A stretch of 64,000 nucleotides of DNA. Origin: an uncultured Bacteroidales bacterium. GTDB lineage: Bacteria > Bacteroidota > Bacteroidia > Bacteroidales > VadinHA17. Position 1 is the first letter of the stretch, and each line of letters starts with the position of its first letter. Position numbers and translations under genes: made by a program. The stretch is from contig CAVWSZ010000008.1 of NCBI GenBank assembly GCA_963757935.1, forward strand, positions 119,889 to 183,888. The letters are read 5' to 3'. Shown here piece by piece: positions 41,040-51,433 of the stretch. The notes under the pieces are model-generated. The model was given only the letters and a program-made list of their open reading frames with translations, searched no databases and had not been told where the DNA came from.

Positions 41040-41388
41040 GTTGTAGCGCTGTACGTCGCCCAGCTGCTCCTGCTGGCAATTCCACAGGGTCTGATGCTCC
41101 GGTCATTGGGTTGACCATGTATCCCTTAACTCCGTCATATGCAAGTATAATGTCCATGCCGTTGAATGTGGTGACCACCTTTACCTTGTCAGGCTGCTTC
41201 ATCTGCATTACCATCGGCATTTCCATTCCCATCTGGGAAGCCCTGCCTTCCATGTAGATTGTTTTTGCCTTTTCAAGTTTCTCCGCTCCAAGGGCTGAAT
41301 AGTTCTTGTTAATGATCTCATCAAGTGTCTGGGCACCGCAGACAGATGCCATCAGAATAGCTGTTCCAAGCACGAGTAATTTTTTCAT
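41017..41388 (-). CDS. Exported LolA-like family protein, N-terminal fragment with a signal peptide
   Basis: MKKLLVLGTAILMASVCGAQT leader, followed by a Met-rich beta-rich region. Confidence 0.45.
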   Translation of the reverse strand: MKKLLVLGTAILMASVCGAQTLDEIINKNYSALGAEKLEKAKTIYMEGRASQMGMEMPMVMQMKQPDKVKVVTTFNGMDIILAYDGVKGYMVNPMTGASDPVELPAGAAGRRTALQHVPQSVA

Positions 41389-41409
41389 AATAGACAGTAT
41401 TAGTGTGTT

Positions 41410-42237
41410 TTAGAATGAATTAATTGTAGTTCTTATTAATGTAAGCTTTTTCAGCAGGTCTTCAAGATATTCCAGCCTGAGCATATTTGCCCCGTCTGAA
41501 AGGGCGGTAGGCGGATCAGGGTGTGTCTCAATGAATATGCCGTCAGCTCCGGCTGCAATGGCACATTTCCCGATTGTCTCTATCATCGAAGGCAATCCTC
41601 CGGTGACTCCCTCACTCTGATTCGGTTGCTGAAGCGAGTGTGTTATATCCATTATGACCGGTACCCCGATCTCCTTCATCGCAGGGATATTGCGCATGTC
41701 CACAACCAGGTCGTTATACCCGAAAAAGTTACCCCTGTCAGTAAGCATGATCCTGTTATTTCCTGATTCAATGATCTTTTCAACTGCAAACCTCATCGAA
41801 GCACCTGAAAGAAACTGTCCTTTTTTTACGTTTATCACCCTGCCTGTCCTGGCAGCTGCAACAAGGAGGTCTGTCTGCCGGCATAAAAATGCAGGGATCT
41901 GAAGCACATCAGCATATTGGGCCGCGAGCGGAGCCTCCATAGCCGAATGGATATCGGTCACAACAGGTACAGAGAAGGCATCCCGGACCTTACCCAGGAC
42001 TTTTAAGGCCTTTTCATCACCTATCCCTGAAAAACTGTCGAGGCGTGACCTGTTGGCCTTTCGGTATGAAGCTTTGAATATCAGCGGTATACGATATTTT
42101 TCAGCCAGCCTGATGACATGTTCAGCAACCTGCATCGTGATCTTTTCAGTTTCAACCACACAGGGGCCCGCAAGAAGAAAAAAATTCCCGCCGTCTGCAA
42201 ACCTGAGAAACGGAATATTAAGATCACTTACTTTCAT
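41410..42237 (-). CDS. kdsA: 3-deoxy-8-phosphooctulonate synthase
   Basis: FFLLAGPCVVE, IFKASYRKANRS, VTDIH, DITHSLQQP. Confidence 0.92.
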   Translation of the reverse strand: MKVSDLNIPFLRFADGGNFFLLAGPCVVETEKITMQVAEHVIRLAEKYRIPLIFKASYRKANRSRLDSFSGIGDEKALKVLGKVRDAFSVPVVTDIHSAMEAPLAAQYADVLQIPAFLCRQTDLLVAAARTGRVINVKKGQFLSGASMRFAVEKIIESGNNRIMLTDRGNFFGYNDLVVDMRNIPAMKEIGVPVIMDITHSLQQPNQSEGVTGGLPSMIETIGKCAIAAGADGIFIETHPDPPTALSDGANMLRLEYLEDLLKKLTLIRTTINSF

Positions 42238-42256
42238 GCTATAAATTTAGGTAATA

Positions 42257-43564
42257 TTATTGCTTTTTAACATCCCGGTATCTATAAATTTTCTGCCATC
42301 TTGCCGAAAGTTGCCTTCTTATTTCATCCTCACGGGGATTGGGTCCGGGCTCATAAAATATTTTTCCGGTGATCTCCTCCGGAAGGAAATTATCAGCAAC
42401 GAAATTGCCCTCAAACTCGTGAGCATATTTATAACCCTTGTGGTACCCCAGGTCTTTCATGAGTCGGGTGGGTGCATTGCGAAGGTGAAGAGGCACAGGC
42501 AGGTCACCGTGTTCATGCACTGCAGCAATGGCGTTCTCGATAGCCATGTAAGAGGCATTGCTTTTGGGAGAGGTGGCCAGGTAAACAGCAGTTTCTGAAA
42601 GTATTATCCTCGATTCCGGCCATCCGACGAGGTTTACCGCATTGAAACAGGCCTGTGCAAGCAGCAATGCATTGGGATTGGCCATGCCGATATCCTCAGC
42701 GGCGAGTATGACCATTCTCCGGGCGATGAACTTTACATCCTCACCGCCTTCGGTCATCCTGGCAAGCCAGTATACAGCAGCGTTCGGATCCGAACCCCTG
42801 AGCGACTTGATGAATGCTGAAATAATGTCATAATGCTGCTCCCCGTTCTTGTCATACATCGCAAGATTCTGCTGCACATGTCCCAGAACCATTTCATCGG
42901 TAATGACTATCTCTCCCTCACCTTTCTCTGCCTCAAGTGATACTGTCAGTTCAAGTGCATTGTAAAGTTTGCGGGCATCACCGCCGCTGATCCTCAACAA
43001 CGCCTCGTATTCCTTAACCGTTACATTGTATTGGGAAAGGTAATAATCAGTCTTAAGCGACCTGTCAATCAGCCCTCTAAGCTCATCATCACTGAGCGGT
43101 TTAAGGATGTAAACCTGGCAACGCGACAGGAGGGGAGAGATCACCTCAAATGACGGATTCTCGGTTGTGGCACCTATCAGAGTAATGATTCCCTGCTCTA
43201 CGGCTCCCAGCAGTGAGTCCTGCTGCGACTTGTTGAAGCGGTGTATCTCGTCGATGAAGAGAATGGGATTCGGTTTACCGAAGAATTGCTGGCTCTTTGC
43301 CTTTTCAATAGTCTCCCTGACCTCCTTCACACCGCTGTTGACAGCGCTCAGCTGATAGAACGACCTGTCAAGCTTGGCCGCAACTATTCGCGCCAGAGTT
43401 GTCTTTCCCACACCCGGAGGGCCCCAGAGTATGAATGAGGGCACATTCCCCGATTCTATGACCTTCCTCAGTACGCCGTCAGTGCCCACAAGATGATCCT
43501 GCCCTGCAAAATCATCGAGGGATTTTGGTCTTAAACGGTCTGCAAGGGGCTGATTTGAAAACAT
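42257..43564 (-). CDS. rarA: Replication-associated recombination protein A (AAA+ ATPase)
   Basis: LADRLRPKSLDDF, GPPGVGKTTLARI, FIDEIHRFNKSQQD, YDIISAFIKSLRGSDPNAA. Start taken at MFSNQPLA. Confidence 0.9.
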   Translation of the reverse strand: MFSNQPLADRLRPKSLDDFAGQDHLVGTDGVLRKVIESGNVPSFILWGPPGVGKTTLARIVAAKLDRSFYQLSAVNSGVKEVRETIEKAKSQQFFGKPNPILFIDEIHRFNKSQQDSLLGAVEQGIITLIGATTENPSFEVISPLLSRCQVYILKPLSDDELRGLIDRSLKTDYYLSQYNVTVKEYEALLRISGGDARKLYNALELTVSLEAEKGEGEIVITDEMVLGHVQQNLAMYDKNGEQHYDIISAFIKSLRGSDPNAAVYWLARMTEGGEDVKFIARRMVILAAEDIGMANPNALLLAQACFNAVNLVGWPESRIILSETAVYLATSPKSNASYMAIENAIAAVHEHGDLPVPLHLRNAPTRLMKDLGYHKGYKYAHEFEGNFVADNFLPEEITGKIFYEPGPNPREDEIRRQLSARWQKIYRYRDVKKQ

Positions 43565-43945
43565 ATGCGGATACTTGTATAAGCGGTGCAAATTATTACA
43601 TTTTAAGCAATGTTGGTTACTGCAGGTATACATTATTTGTCAATGCCATTCCACAATCATCATTTTTACCGTTTTTGGGGCAAAGACCCGATACGCCGCA
43701 TAACCAGCCCGGATGATTGCAGCAATTAGTGATTCAGGCAACGGAATTGGATTGGCGCTCGGAGATGGTGCTGCGAAAGGCAGTTGATGAACCTGTCTGG
43801 GAGTGCCTTAAATATCTTTTCGGTCAAAATATTACCTTTGAATGAAATAAATTAATACTTTTAGCAATTAAAATCCGGTTTGTGGGAAATCTTTCCGGAA
43901 AGAGACTAAATTAGTATTTGAATATTTTCAAATTCTGGGAACACT

Positions 43946-45100
43946 ATGAAAAAACCTCTGCTGATAACCATAATCATACTGGTGGTTATTCTGGCCTTAC
44001 CTGCTGTGAACTTCATCAGATGGGCCTTCCAGGAAAAGAAACCGATGAATATTGTCATACTCGACAAAACAGTCCCGACTCTTGAAAGGACAGCGCACCA
44101 CTCCCTTGTATATGTCCTGACGAACAACCGTTTCGTGAAAAAGGAGAAAGGCGGGAGCTACGCAGCAAAGAAGGATTATTACGGGTTCTTTCCCCTCAGA
44201 CCTGTCAGGGAAAAACAGTTCAGAAAAAGAGATTTCAGGCTCACCGAACTGATAGATCTTGCTGATAGCAATGATGCATTATACTATGCAGATACATATG
44301 GTGTCTTCTTTAATGACTGGTACCAGGGAATAAAAAAAGCAAGGAGATCGAGGAAGCTCTACGGAGGACTGAATAACAACGATTACCTGCTGTTGTCAGA
44401 GATGAAACTGCGTGACAAACTTGTTGTCCTTGAATACAATACATTCGACTACCCAACCGCCGCACTTGAGCGGTATAAGACGGAGGAACTTCTTGGGATC
44501 ACCTCGACCGGTTGGATGGGCAAGCATTACAGCAGCCTTGATACAGTGGGGGCTACAGGTGTCCCCGGCTGGATGCCGGCCCTTTACAGAAAACAGTACA
44601 TGGAGCCATGGAGTTTTACCAAACCGGGTGTAGTTCTACTTAAGGATAACAGCATTATAGTTCTCGAAGAAGGGAAACACCTTACCGCTTCTTTCCCTGA
44701 AATAATTACTTCCGAACCCTATGCTGAGCGCTTTAATCTACCGCAAACAGTGAGCTTCGAAAACGAATTTGACATTATCAGCGCCGGGTCCAATAACGTG
44801 GTTTCAACATTCAACCTCAGTACTACTGCCGCCGGCGACAGCCTTTTGACACTGTTCGGCCTGCAGGCCTCTTTTCCTGCCGTTGTCCAGGAACCGGCTA
44901 CTCAGCATACTTATTATTTCTCAGGCGACTTTACAACAAATTCAATTCCGTTCTGGACAGCGAAACTCAAAAGCCCAATGATTCCTAAAGGCATGCTGTA
45001 TTCTGATAAACAGGAAGATGGAAGGAGATTTTTCTGGCTGTACTATCAGCCTTTGGTGACCGGCATATTCACCGAATACAGTCAGACTTTAAAGAAATAA
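43946..45100 (+). CDS. Hypothetical membrane-anchored protein
   Basis: Intact 384-aa ORF with an N-terminal TM helix (LLITIIILVVILALPAV). No motif I can name. Confidence 0.55.
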   Translation: MKKPLLITIIILVVILALPAVNFIRWAFQEKKPMNIVILDKTVPTLERTAHHSLVYVLTNNRFVKKEKGGSYAAKKDYYGFFPLRPVREKQFRKRDFRLTELIDLADSNDALYYADTYGVFFNDWYQGIKKARRSRKLYGGLNNNDYLLLSEMKLRDKLVVLEYNTFDYPTAALERYKTEELLGITSTGWMGKHYSSLDTVGATGVPGWMPALYRKQYMEPWSFTKPGVVLLKDNSIIVLEEGKHLTASFPEIITSEPYAERFNLPQTVSFENEFDIISAGSNNVVSTFNLSTTAAGDSLLTLFGLQASFPAVVQEPATQHTYYFSGDFTTNSIPFWTAKLKSPMIPKGMLYSDKQEDGRRFFWLYYQPLVTGIFTEYSQTLKK

Positions 45101-45116
45101 TCTGAAATCAGGAACA

Positions 45117-45141
45117 AAACAGGCTCAGGCCTGTTTTTTTT
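45117..45141 (+). terminator. Rho-independent terminator
   Basis: acaggc-tcag-gcctgt hairpin followed by T8. Confidence 0.7.
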
Positions 45142-45912
45142 GTGATGAAGGCAACAATAATACAGTCAGATCTAAGGTGGGAGGATAAAGATGCCAACTT
45201 TGAGCATCTTTCATCATTGCTTGCAAAGGTACCCTCAGGTACAGACCTTGTTGCATTTCCGGAAATGTTTACAACTGCTTTCTCGATGAATCCGGTATCT
45301 CTGGCTGAAACAATGGACGGTCACTCCGTAAACTGGATGAAATCAATATCCTCTGCCGGAAATTACGCTGTGTGCGGCTCACTTATAATTGAGGAAAACG
45401 GGAAATACTACAACCGACTCGTCTTTGTCACTCCTTCTGGTAAAACAGTTAAATACGATAAGCGGCACCTCCATTCAATTAGCGGTGAGCATGCTGTTTA
45501 TACGGCAGGTAATGAGCAAGTTACCTGTAACTATAAAGAGTTGAACTTTAACCTGCAGGTCTGCTATGACCTGCGTTTCCCCGTATGGTCGCGGAACAGG
45601 GGTGGAAGTGATGTTATAATCTATTCAGCTAACTGGCCGACTGCCAGAAGTTATGCCTGGAAGTCACTGCTTGTTGCCCGGGCAATTGAAAACCAGTGTT
45701 ATGTCCTGGGTGTAAACAGGACCGGAACCAGTCCTGACGGGACATGCTATTCGGGCGATTCGGTCATAATTGGTCCCAGGGGTGAAATTCTGGCTTCACT
45801 TGATCCTGATACTGAAGGAGTTATTACGGCTGAACTCTCAAAACAGTCGTTGGAACAATACCGTGCCGACATGCCTGTCTGGCGCGATGCTGATTCATTT
45901 GAGTTGATTTAG
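45142..45912 (+). CDS. Carbon-nitrogen hydrolase (nitrilase superfamily, omega-amidase/YafV-like)
   Basis: LVAFPEMFTTAF (catalytic Glu), KRHLH (Lys), VCYDLRFP (Cys). Confidence 0.8.
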   Translation: MMKATIIQSDLRWEDKDANFEHLSSLLAKVPSGTDLVAFPEMFTTAFSMNPVSLAETMDGHSVNWMKSISSAGNYAVCGSLIIEENGKYYNRLVFVTPSGKTVKYDKRHLHSISGEHAVYTAGNEQVTCNYKELNFNLQVCYDLRFPVWSRNRGGSDVIIYSANWPTARSYAWKSLLVARAIENQCYVLGVNRTGTSPDGTCYSGDSVIIGPRGEILASLDPDTEGVITAELSKQSLEQYRADMPVWRDADSFELI

Positions 45913-45926
45913 GTATTTAGTAGGAG

Positions 45927-45954
45927 GCAATAGGCAATAGGCAATAGGCAGTAG
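45927..45954 (+). repeat. Tandem heptamer GCAATAG x3 plus GCAGTAG
   Basis: Read directly in the convergent intergenic region: gcaatag gcaatag gcaatag gcagtag. Confidence 0.9.
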
Positions 45955-45985
45955 TGGAAATCACCGATTAATGAGGATTAACACT

Positions 45986-46070
45986 CAGACTTCCAGACAT
46001 TAAACCTCAGACTTTCAGACTCTCAGACTTTCAGGCTCTCAGACATTAGACCTTCAGACTTTCAGACTTT
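45986..46070 (+). repeat. Tandem octamer about x10 (CAGACTTT and variants) running into the last codons of the FAD/Fe-S oxidoreductase gene
   Basis: cagacttc cagacatt ... cagacttt cagactct cagacttt caggctct cagacatt agacctt cagacttt cagacttt. Confidence 0.9.
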
Positions 46071-47732
46071 GAGCGCAGCGAAGAGCACTTCCGCCGGATG
46101 CTGTGCTTTTCTCCCTGTTCCGTCCTTTATGTGGTGCCTGCAGCTTGTCCCCGGCGCCGCAATGATGGTAGTTGTGGCTGCTGACCTGACATCAGGAAAG
46201 AGAACCAGCTCACCTATCTTCTGTGAAAGGTCGAAATGCTCTTTTTCATAACCGAAAGCACCTGCCATGCCGCAACATCCTGAAGGGATCTCCCTGACGG
46301 TGTAATTTGCCGGAATTGCAAGTGCCGCAAGAGCCGCTGAAGATGAGGCTATTGCCTTCTGCTGGCAATGAACATGCACCAGCACTTCCGAAGCCTTATC
46401 AGTGAATGAGCTCCGGCTTATCCTGCCTGCAACGAATTCCCTTGACAGGAACTCTTCAAGAAGAAATACATTTTCAGCAAGCTTCAGTGCAGCTCGTTTA
46501 TGACCCGCCCCGGCCAGGTCGGGATACTCGTCCCTGAATCCGAGGATTGCTGAAGGCTCAAGACCAACAAGAGGTACTTCCTGAGAGACAAGGGGAGAGA
46601 ATGTCTCTATGTTTTCGATTATCATCTTCCTGGCACTTTTCAGGAATCCTTTGGAGATATATGTCCTTGCACTTGAAGAATGTTTGACGGTCAATATCTT
46701 ATATCCCAGGGTGGTAAGCAGCTTTACGGCTGCAATTCCGACAGCAGTGTCATTGTGATTCGTGAACTCATCAACAAAAAGGTACAGGGAACCTATGGGA
46801 GCTGAAGGATTATGTTTTTCGAGGTTTCTGCGAAGCCACCTTCTGAATGTCAATGGTGCCAGCACAGGAATACTGCGCCCGTCGGCAAATCCGGCAATTC
46901 TCTTGATTGCCCGCGATGTGAACCTGTTGAGTGCGAAAAAGTTAAACAGCTCCGGCAGGTATGAGAAAAGGGAGTTGATCCGGGGCAGGTTGGCTATCAG
47001 ACTTGTCCTGAGTGAAGGAGAATGCTGTTCATTGTAGTGCTGAAGGAACTCGGATTTAAGCTTGGCCATATCAACTCCTGACGGACACTCACTCTTGCAT
47101 CCTTTGCACGCCAGGCACAAATCCAGGATTTCATTTATCTCACTGCTGTCCCATGGATTTTCCCCTTCTGCACTCAGCATTTCACGTACTATGTTTGACC
47201 GTGCACGGGTGGTTAGACGTTCATCACCCGTGGCCATATATGACGGACACATTGTGCCGCCGATTACACTGCTTTTACGACAGTCTCCTGAGCCATTGCA
47301 TTTCTCGGCAGCCCTTACAATACCACCGTCCGCGGAAAAGTCATACCATGTTAAGAGTTCACGCGTACCTTTTCCCGGGACATACCTCAGTGAGGTATCC
47401 ATAGGAGGGGTGTTGACGATTTTTCCGGGATTCAGGATATTCAGTGGATCAAAACTCTCCTTCAGTCTCTTGTTTAGCAGGTAGTTATGTTCTCCGATTA
47501 TAATTGGAATGAATTCACCTCTCAGCCGACCGTCGCCATGTTCCCCGCTCATCGACCCCCTGTATCGCTTAACAATGCGGGCTGTTTCTTCCCCGATGAC
47601 CCGGAGAAGCTTTGCATCTTCCTTCTCCTTAAGGTTGATTAACGGCCTGATATGCAGCTCTCCTGATCCAATATGTGCGTGGTACACCGAGTCCTTCCCG
47701 TAAGAGTCCAGCATTTTCTCTACCTCGGCCAC
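46062..47732 (-). CDS. FAD-linked oxidase / Fe-S oxidoreductase (GlcD-GlcF-type fusion), C-terminal fragment
   Basis: Two 4Fe-4S motifs (CNGSGDCRK...CPSY and CLACKGCKSECPSG) and Cys-rich CCG-type regions (PSGCCGMAG). Confidence 0.8.
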   Translation of the reverse strand: MAEVEKMLDSYGKDSVYHAHIGSGELHIRPLINLKEKEDAKLLRVIGEETARIVKRYRGSMSGEHGDGRLRGEFIPIIIGEHNYLLNKRLKESFDPLNILNPGKIVNTPPMDTSLRYVPGKGTRELLTWYDFSADGGIVRAAEKCNGSGDCRKSSVIGGTMCPSYMATGDERLTTRARSNIVREMLSAEGENPWDSSEINEILDLCLACKGCKSECPSGVDMAKLKSEFLQHYNEQHSPSLRTSLIANLPRINSLFSYLPELFNFFALNRFTSRAIKRIAGFADGRSIPVLAPLTFRRWLRRNLEKHNPSAPIGSLYLFVDEFTNHNDTAVGIAAVKLLTTLGYKILTVKHSSSARTYISKGFLKSARKMIIENIETFSPLVSQEVPLVGLEPSAILGFRDEYPDLAGAGHKRAALKLAENVFLLEEFLSREFVAGRISRSSFTDKASEVLVHVHCQQKAIASSSAALAALAIPANYTVREIPSGCCGMAGAFGYEKEHFDLSQKIGELVLFPDVRSAATTTIIAAPGTSCRHHIKDGTGRKAQHPAEVLFAALKV

Positions 47733-47745
47733 AAAATCGCCGAGC

Positions 47746-49002
47746 TTACTCGACAGCCACCGCGCAGTCTTCTATCAGCGAAATGGGCTTGGCGTCACCG
47801 GGCATGTTTGACAGTATTCCAAGGCCGGCCTTTCGCAGATCCCATACCTTTTTAATGTCAGCCCCCCACACGACTGGGTACGAATAACCAAGCTCCGCTG
47901 ACCGCAATTCATCCTCCATTGCCGCGGCGGCAGATCTTATTTCTTCCGAGGTGGCGGCGCACAACTCAGCTATCAGCAGGGCGCCGGGATGACCTTCGAT
48001 GAAAAACCGGTTACTCCTCTGGGAGGCACTCTCCTCTGCCAGTGAGAGTATTTTGTCGTCTATCAGCTCCACTGCCCAGGGCTTGTATTTCAAGGCTATC
48101 AGGTTCGCACTGAAAGCTTCGTTTCTGTGACGAAGGTGAACACAGACGAGTGCTTTTACCGGGGGCGGCAGGGGCACCAGTGACAGCTTAGCCTCCGTAA
48201 CAATCGCCAGGGTGCCCTCGGATCCGGCAATAAGTCTTGCAATGTTAAGCGGGCGGCCGCTGCCCGGGGTGAATGGTTCGCCATACAAAAGATCATCGAG
48301 TGAGTATGCCGTATTGCGCCTTGGGATAGTCCGTTCCGGGTAGTCGTTCATGATGGATTCCCTGTTTCCCGGTTCATTCATCATGTCGCGTATCTCGCGG
48401 TAAATATGGCCCTCAGGGCCTTCAAGAGTGCATTTGGATTCGAATTCATTGTTTGAAACACTTCCGAAAACAACTTCGGATCCGTCAGCCAGCAGAACTT
48501 TAACCTCTGAAATATGGTCTCTCACTGACCCGTAAATCACCGAATGGAGCCCGCAGGCGTTGTTCCCGATCATCCCGCCGATATTGCAGCGGTTTGCGGT
48601 TGATGTCTCAGGACCAAAAAACAGCCCTTCCTTACGGATCACTTCATTGAGTTCGTCCAGTACCACTCCCGGTTCAACCCTTACCCATTTTTCGTCCCTG
48701 TTTATCCCGAGAATGCGGGTGAAATGTTTTGACAGATCGGCAATAATTCCTGAACCCACTACCTGACCGGCAAGAGAAGTACCGGCCGCCCGCGGAATTA
48801 TACCCACCCTATGCTTTCCTGCAAATGCAAGCAGCTGTTTAAGGTCACTGACGTTGCGCGGATAAAAGACTGCAAGGGGCTGCTCACGGTAGATCGATGC
48901 GTCAGTGGAATACATCAGCGTTGTAAGTCTGTCAGTCAGTAACTCACCTTCAGTATTGTCCGACAGCTCCCTCAGTGCAGCCGCCATGATCCTATCTGTC
49001 AT
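47746..49002 (-). CDS. FAD-linked oxidase / Fe-S oxidoreductase, N-terminal FAD-binding fragment. +1 insertion near 47748.
   Basis: IIPRAAGTSLAGQVVG and GPETSTANRCNIGGMIGNNACG, a GlcD/D-lactate-dehydrogenase-like FAD_binding_4 domain. Confidence 0.8.
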   Translation of the reverse strand: MTDRIMAAALRELSDNTEGELLTDRLTTLMYSTDASIYREQPLAVFYPRNVSDLKQLLAFAGKHRVGIIPRAAGTSLAGQVVGSGIIADLSKHFTRILGINRDEKWVRVEPGVVLDELNEVIRKEGLFFGPETSTANRCNIGGMIGNNACGLHSVIYGSVRDHISEVKVLLADGSEVVFGSVSNNEFESKCTLEGPEGHIYREIRDMMNEPGNRESIMNDYPERTIPRRNTAYSLDDLLYGEPFTPGSGRPLNIARLIAGSEGTLAIVTEAKLSLVPLPPPVKALVCVHLRHRNEAFSANLIALKYKPWAVELIDDKILSLAEESASQRSNRFFIEGHPGALLIAELCAATSEEIRSAAAAMEDELRSAELGYSYPVVWGADIKKVWDLRKAGLGILSNMPGDAKPISLIEDCAVAVE

Positions 49003-49191
49003 CAGGTCTTCGAATATCCTCCAAAAATAGAGATTTGAATGAAGCCGGCCCTAAATCTTTTTATACTTTCAGTAAAAAACTTTATAAAATATTAAAAATC
49101 TGATTTTAATCATGCGGCAGCCAATTGCAGATTATACTTTTTTAGTACTTTTAACCCGGAATATAAACTTAAACTAATTTACTGATATACA

Positions 49192-50199
49192 ATGGAATTG
49201 CTTGAACAAATCAAGGAGAATGCAAGAAAGCATAACAAAAGGATTGTTCTGCCTGAGGGAACGGAGGAGAGAACGCTCAAGGCTGCTGATGTTGCCGTGG
49301 AAGAAAATCTGGCACAGATTACTCTTATCGGAAACCCGGCCGAAATAAACTCTCTTGCATCCGGGTTCGGGCTTAAGAATATCGCAAGGGCTAAGATCAT
49401 TGATCCTCTCAGTCATCCAATGAAGGAGAAGTATATCGACCTGATGGTCGAGCTTCGCAAAGCAAAGGGGCTGACACGTGAGGAAGCATCAAAACTGATT
49501 GAAGATCCTCTTTACCTGGGGGTTCTGATGATAAAAAACGGTGATGCCGACGGTGAAGTTGCCGGAGCCAGGAATACGACCGGCGATGTTCTGAGACCGG
49601 CTTTCCAGTATGTCAAGACTGCACCCGGTATTTCAGTGGTTTCCGGAGCTTTCATCATGATACTGAAAGACAAGGAGTTCGGAGCTGACGGCATCATATT
49701 ATTTGCTGACGGTGCTGTTCATCCCGATCCTACAGACAAGGAGCTGGCTGAAATAGCCGTAGCTACTGCCCGCACAATGAAGGACATAGTAGGTGTGGAG
49801 CCGAAAGTTGCTCTTCTGAGTTTCTCGACGATGGGAAGTGCAAAGCATCCTTTGGTGGATAAGGTTATAAGTGCCACTAAAATGGCAAAGGAGATGGCTC
49901 CTGAATTCATGTTCGAGGGCGAACTGCAGGCCGATGCAGCTCTTATTGAGGCCATTGGTCAGAAAAAGGCTCCGGGAAGCAAAATTGCAGGCAAAGCCAA
50001 TGTTCTGGTTTTCCCTAACCTTGAGTGCGGAAACATCGCCTATAAACTTGTGGAACGCCTTGCTCATGCTCAGGCAATAGGTCCTGTCCTGCAGGGTATG
50101 GCAGCACCAATAAACGACCTGTCCCGCGGTTGCTCGGTAAGCGACATTATTAACGTCATTGCAATAACAGCAAACCAGGCAGCTGGGATGAAAAAATAA
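49192..50199 (+). CDS. pta: Phosphate acetyltransferase
   Basis: RIVLPEGTEERTLKAA, DGEVAGA, LSFSTMGSAKH, FPNLECGNIAYKL. Confidence 0.9.
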   Translation: MELLEQIKENARKHNKRIVLPEGTEERTLKAADVAVEENLAQITLIGNPAEINSLASGFGLKNIARAKIIDPLSHPMKEKYIDLMVELRKAKGLTREEASKLIEDPLYLGVLMIKNGDADGEVAGARNTTGDVLRPAFQYVKTAPGISVVSGAFIMILKDKEFGADGIILFADGAVHPDPTDKELAEIAVATARTMKDIVGVEPKVALLSFSTMGSAKHPLVDKVISATKMAKEMAPEFMFEGELQADAALIEAIGQKKAPGSKIAGKANVLVFPNLECGNIAYKLVERLAHAQAIGPVLQGMAAPINDLSRGCSVSDIINVIAITANQAAGMKK

Positions 50200-50209
50200 C
50201 TTATACACC

Positions 50210-51421
50210 ATGATGATTCTTGTACTTAACTGCGGCAGTTCTTCAATAAAATATCAGCTGTTCAATATGGATGACCGCGCAGAGGTTCTTGCAAAAGGAC
50301 TTATTGAGCGCATCGGAATAAATGACGGTATCCTGACACATAAACCTGCAGGTAAGGATCCATATAAGATCGTAATGGATATTCCGGACCATACAGTCGG
50401 TATTAACCTGGTAATGGAAGCCCTTGTCAGCCCGAAGCACGGGGTGATAAAAAATATTAATGAGATAAAGGCTGTTGGGCACCGGGTAGCTCACGGTGGT
50501 GAGAACTTCAAGGAGTCGGTACTGATAGACAATGACGTCAAAAGGGATATCGAAAAGTGCGGAGAACTTGCTCCGCTGCACAATCCGGCTCACCTGAAAG
50601 GGATACTGTCATGCGAGAGACTACTGCCGGGTATTCCGCAGGTTGCTGTCTTCGACACCTCATTCCATCAGACAATGCCTGACTATGCATACATGTATGC
50701 AATTCCGTACGAATATTATGAAAAGTACCGCATCAGAAAATACGGTTTTCACGGAACAAGCCACAGGTTCGTGGCAGTCAAGGCCTGCAACATTCTGAAC
50801 AGGCAGTTCGAAAAACAAAAGATAATTACATGTCACCTGGGAAACGGTGCCTCAATCACAGCCATTCACAACGGGATTTCGGTTGACACCTCAATGGGTT
50901 TCACCCCGGTTGACGGACTCATTATGGGCACAAGGACCGGTGAGATTGATCCCGGAGTACTCCTTTACCTTGCTGAAAAGGAGGGACTTAGCATAACCGG
51001 TGTAAATAATATGATAAACAAGAAGAGCGGTGTGGCGGGAATCTCACAGCTCTCTTCTGATATGCGCGATCTTGAGCTTGCTTCGATAGAAGGTAATACA
51101 AAAGCCCTGCTTGCGTTGAACATGTATGCATACAAGGTGAAGAAGTTCATTGGCGCATATGTTGCTGCAATGAACGGTCTTGACCTCCTGATCTTTACCG
51201 GCGGTGTGGGAGAAAACGATTTCAACATGCGGAAACTGATCTGCACAGGAATGGAATACCTGGGAATTGAGTTCGATCCGGAAGCCAACCACGGAATGAA
51301 AGGCAAGGATCTGCTGATTTCGAAACCCTCTTCCAGGGTAACTGTCATGTCAGTCAGCACCGATGAAGAATTTGTAATTGCCTCAGATACAAAGACTATA
51401 GTTGAAAAATTTACAAATTAA
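50210..51421 (+). CDS. ackA: Acetate kinase
   Basis: ILVLNCGSSSIKYQLF, VGHRVAHGG, FDTSFHQTMP, GFHGTSH, HLGNGASI, GTRTGEIDP. Confidence 0.95.
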   Translation: MMILVLNCGSSSIKYQLFNMDDRAEVLAKGLIERIGINDGILTHKPAGKDPYKIVMDIPDHTVGINLVMEALVSPKHGVIKNINEIKAVGHRVAHGGENFKESVLIDNDVKRDIEKCGELAPLHNPAHLKGILSCERLLPGIPQVAVFDTSFHQTMPDYAYMYAIPYEYYEKYRIRKYGFHGTSHRFVAVKACNILNRQFEKQKIITCHLGNGASITAIHNGISVDTSMGFTPVDGLIMGTRTGEIDPGVLLYLAEKEGLSITGVNNMINKKSGVAGISQLSSDMRDLELASIEGNTKALLALNMYAYKVKKFIGAYVAAMNGLDLLIFTGGVGENDFNMRKLICTGMEYLGIEFDPEANHGMKGKDLLISKPSSRVTVMSVSTDEEFVIASDTKTIVEKFTN

Positions 51422-51433
51422 TAACGGAATACA

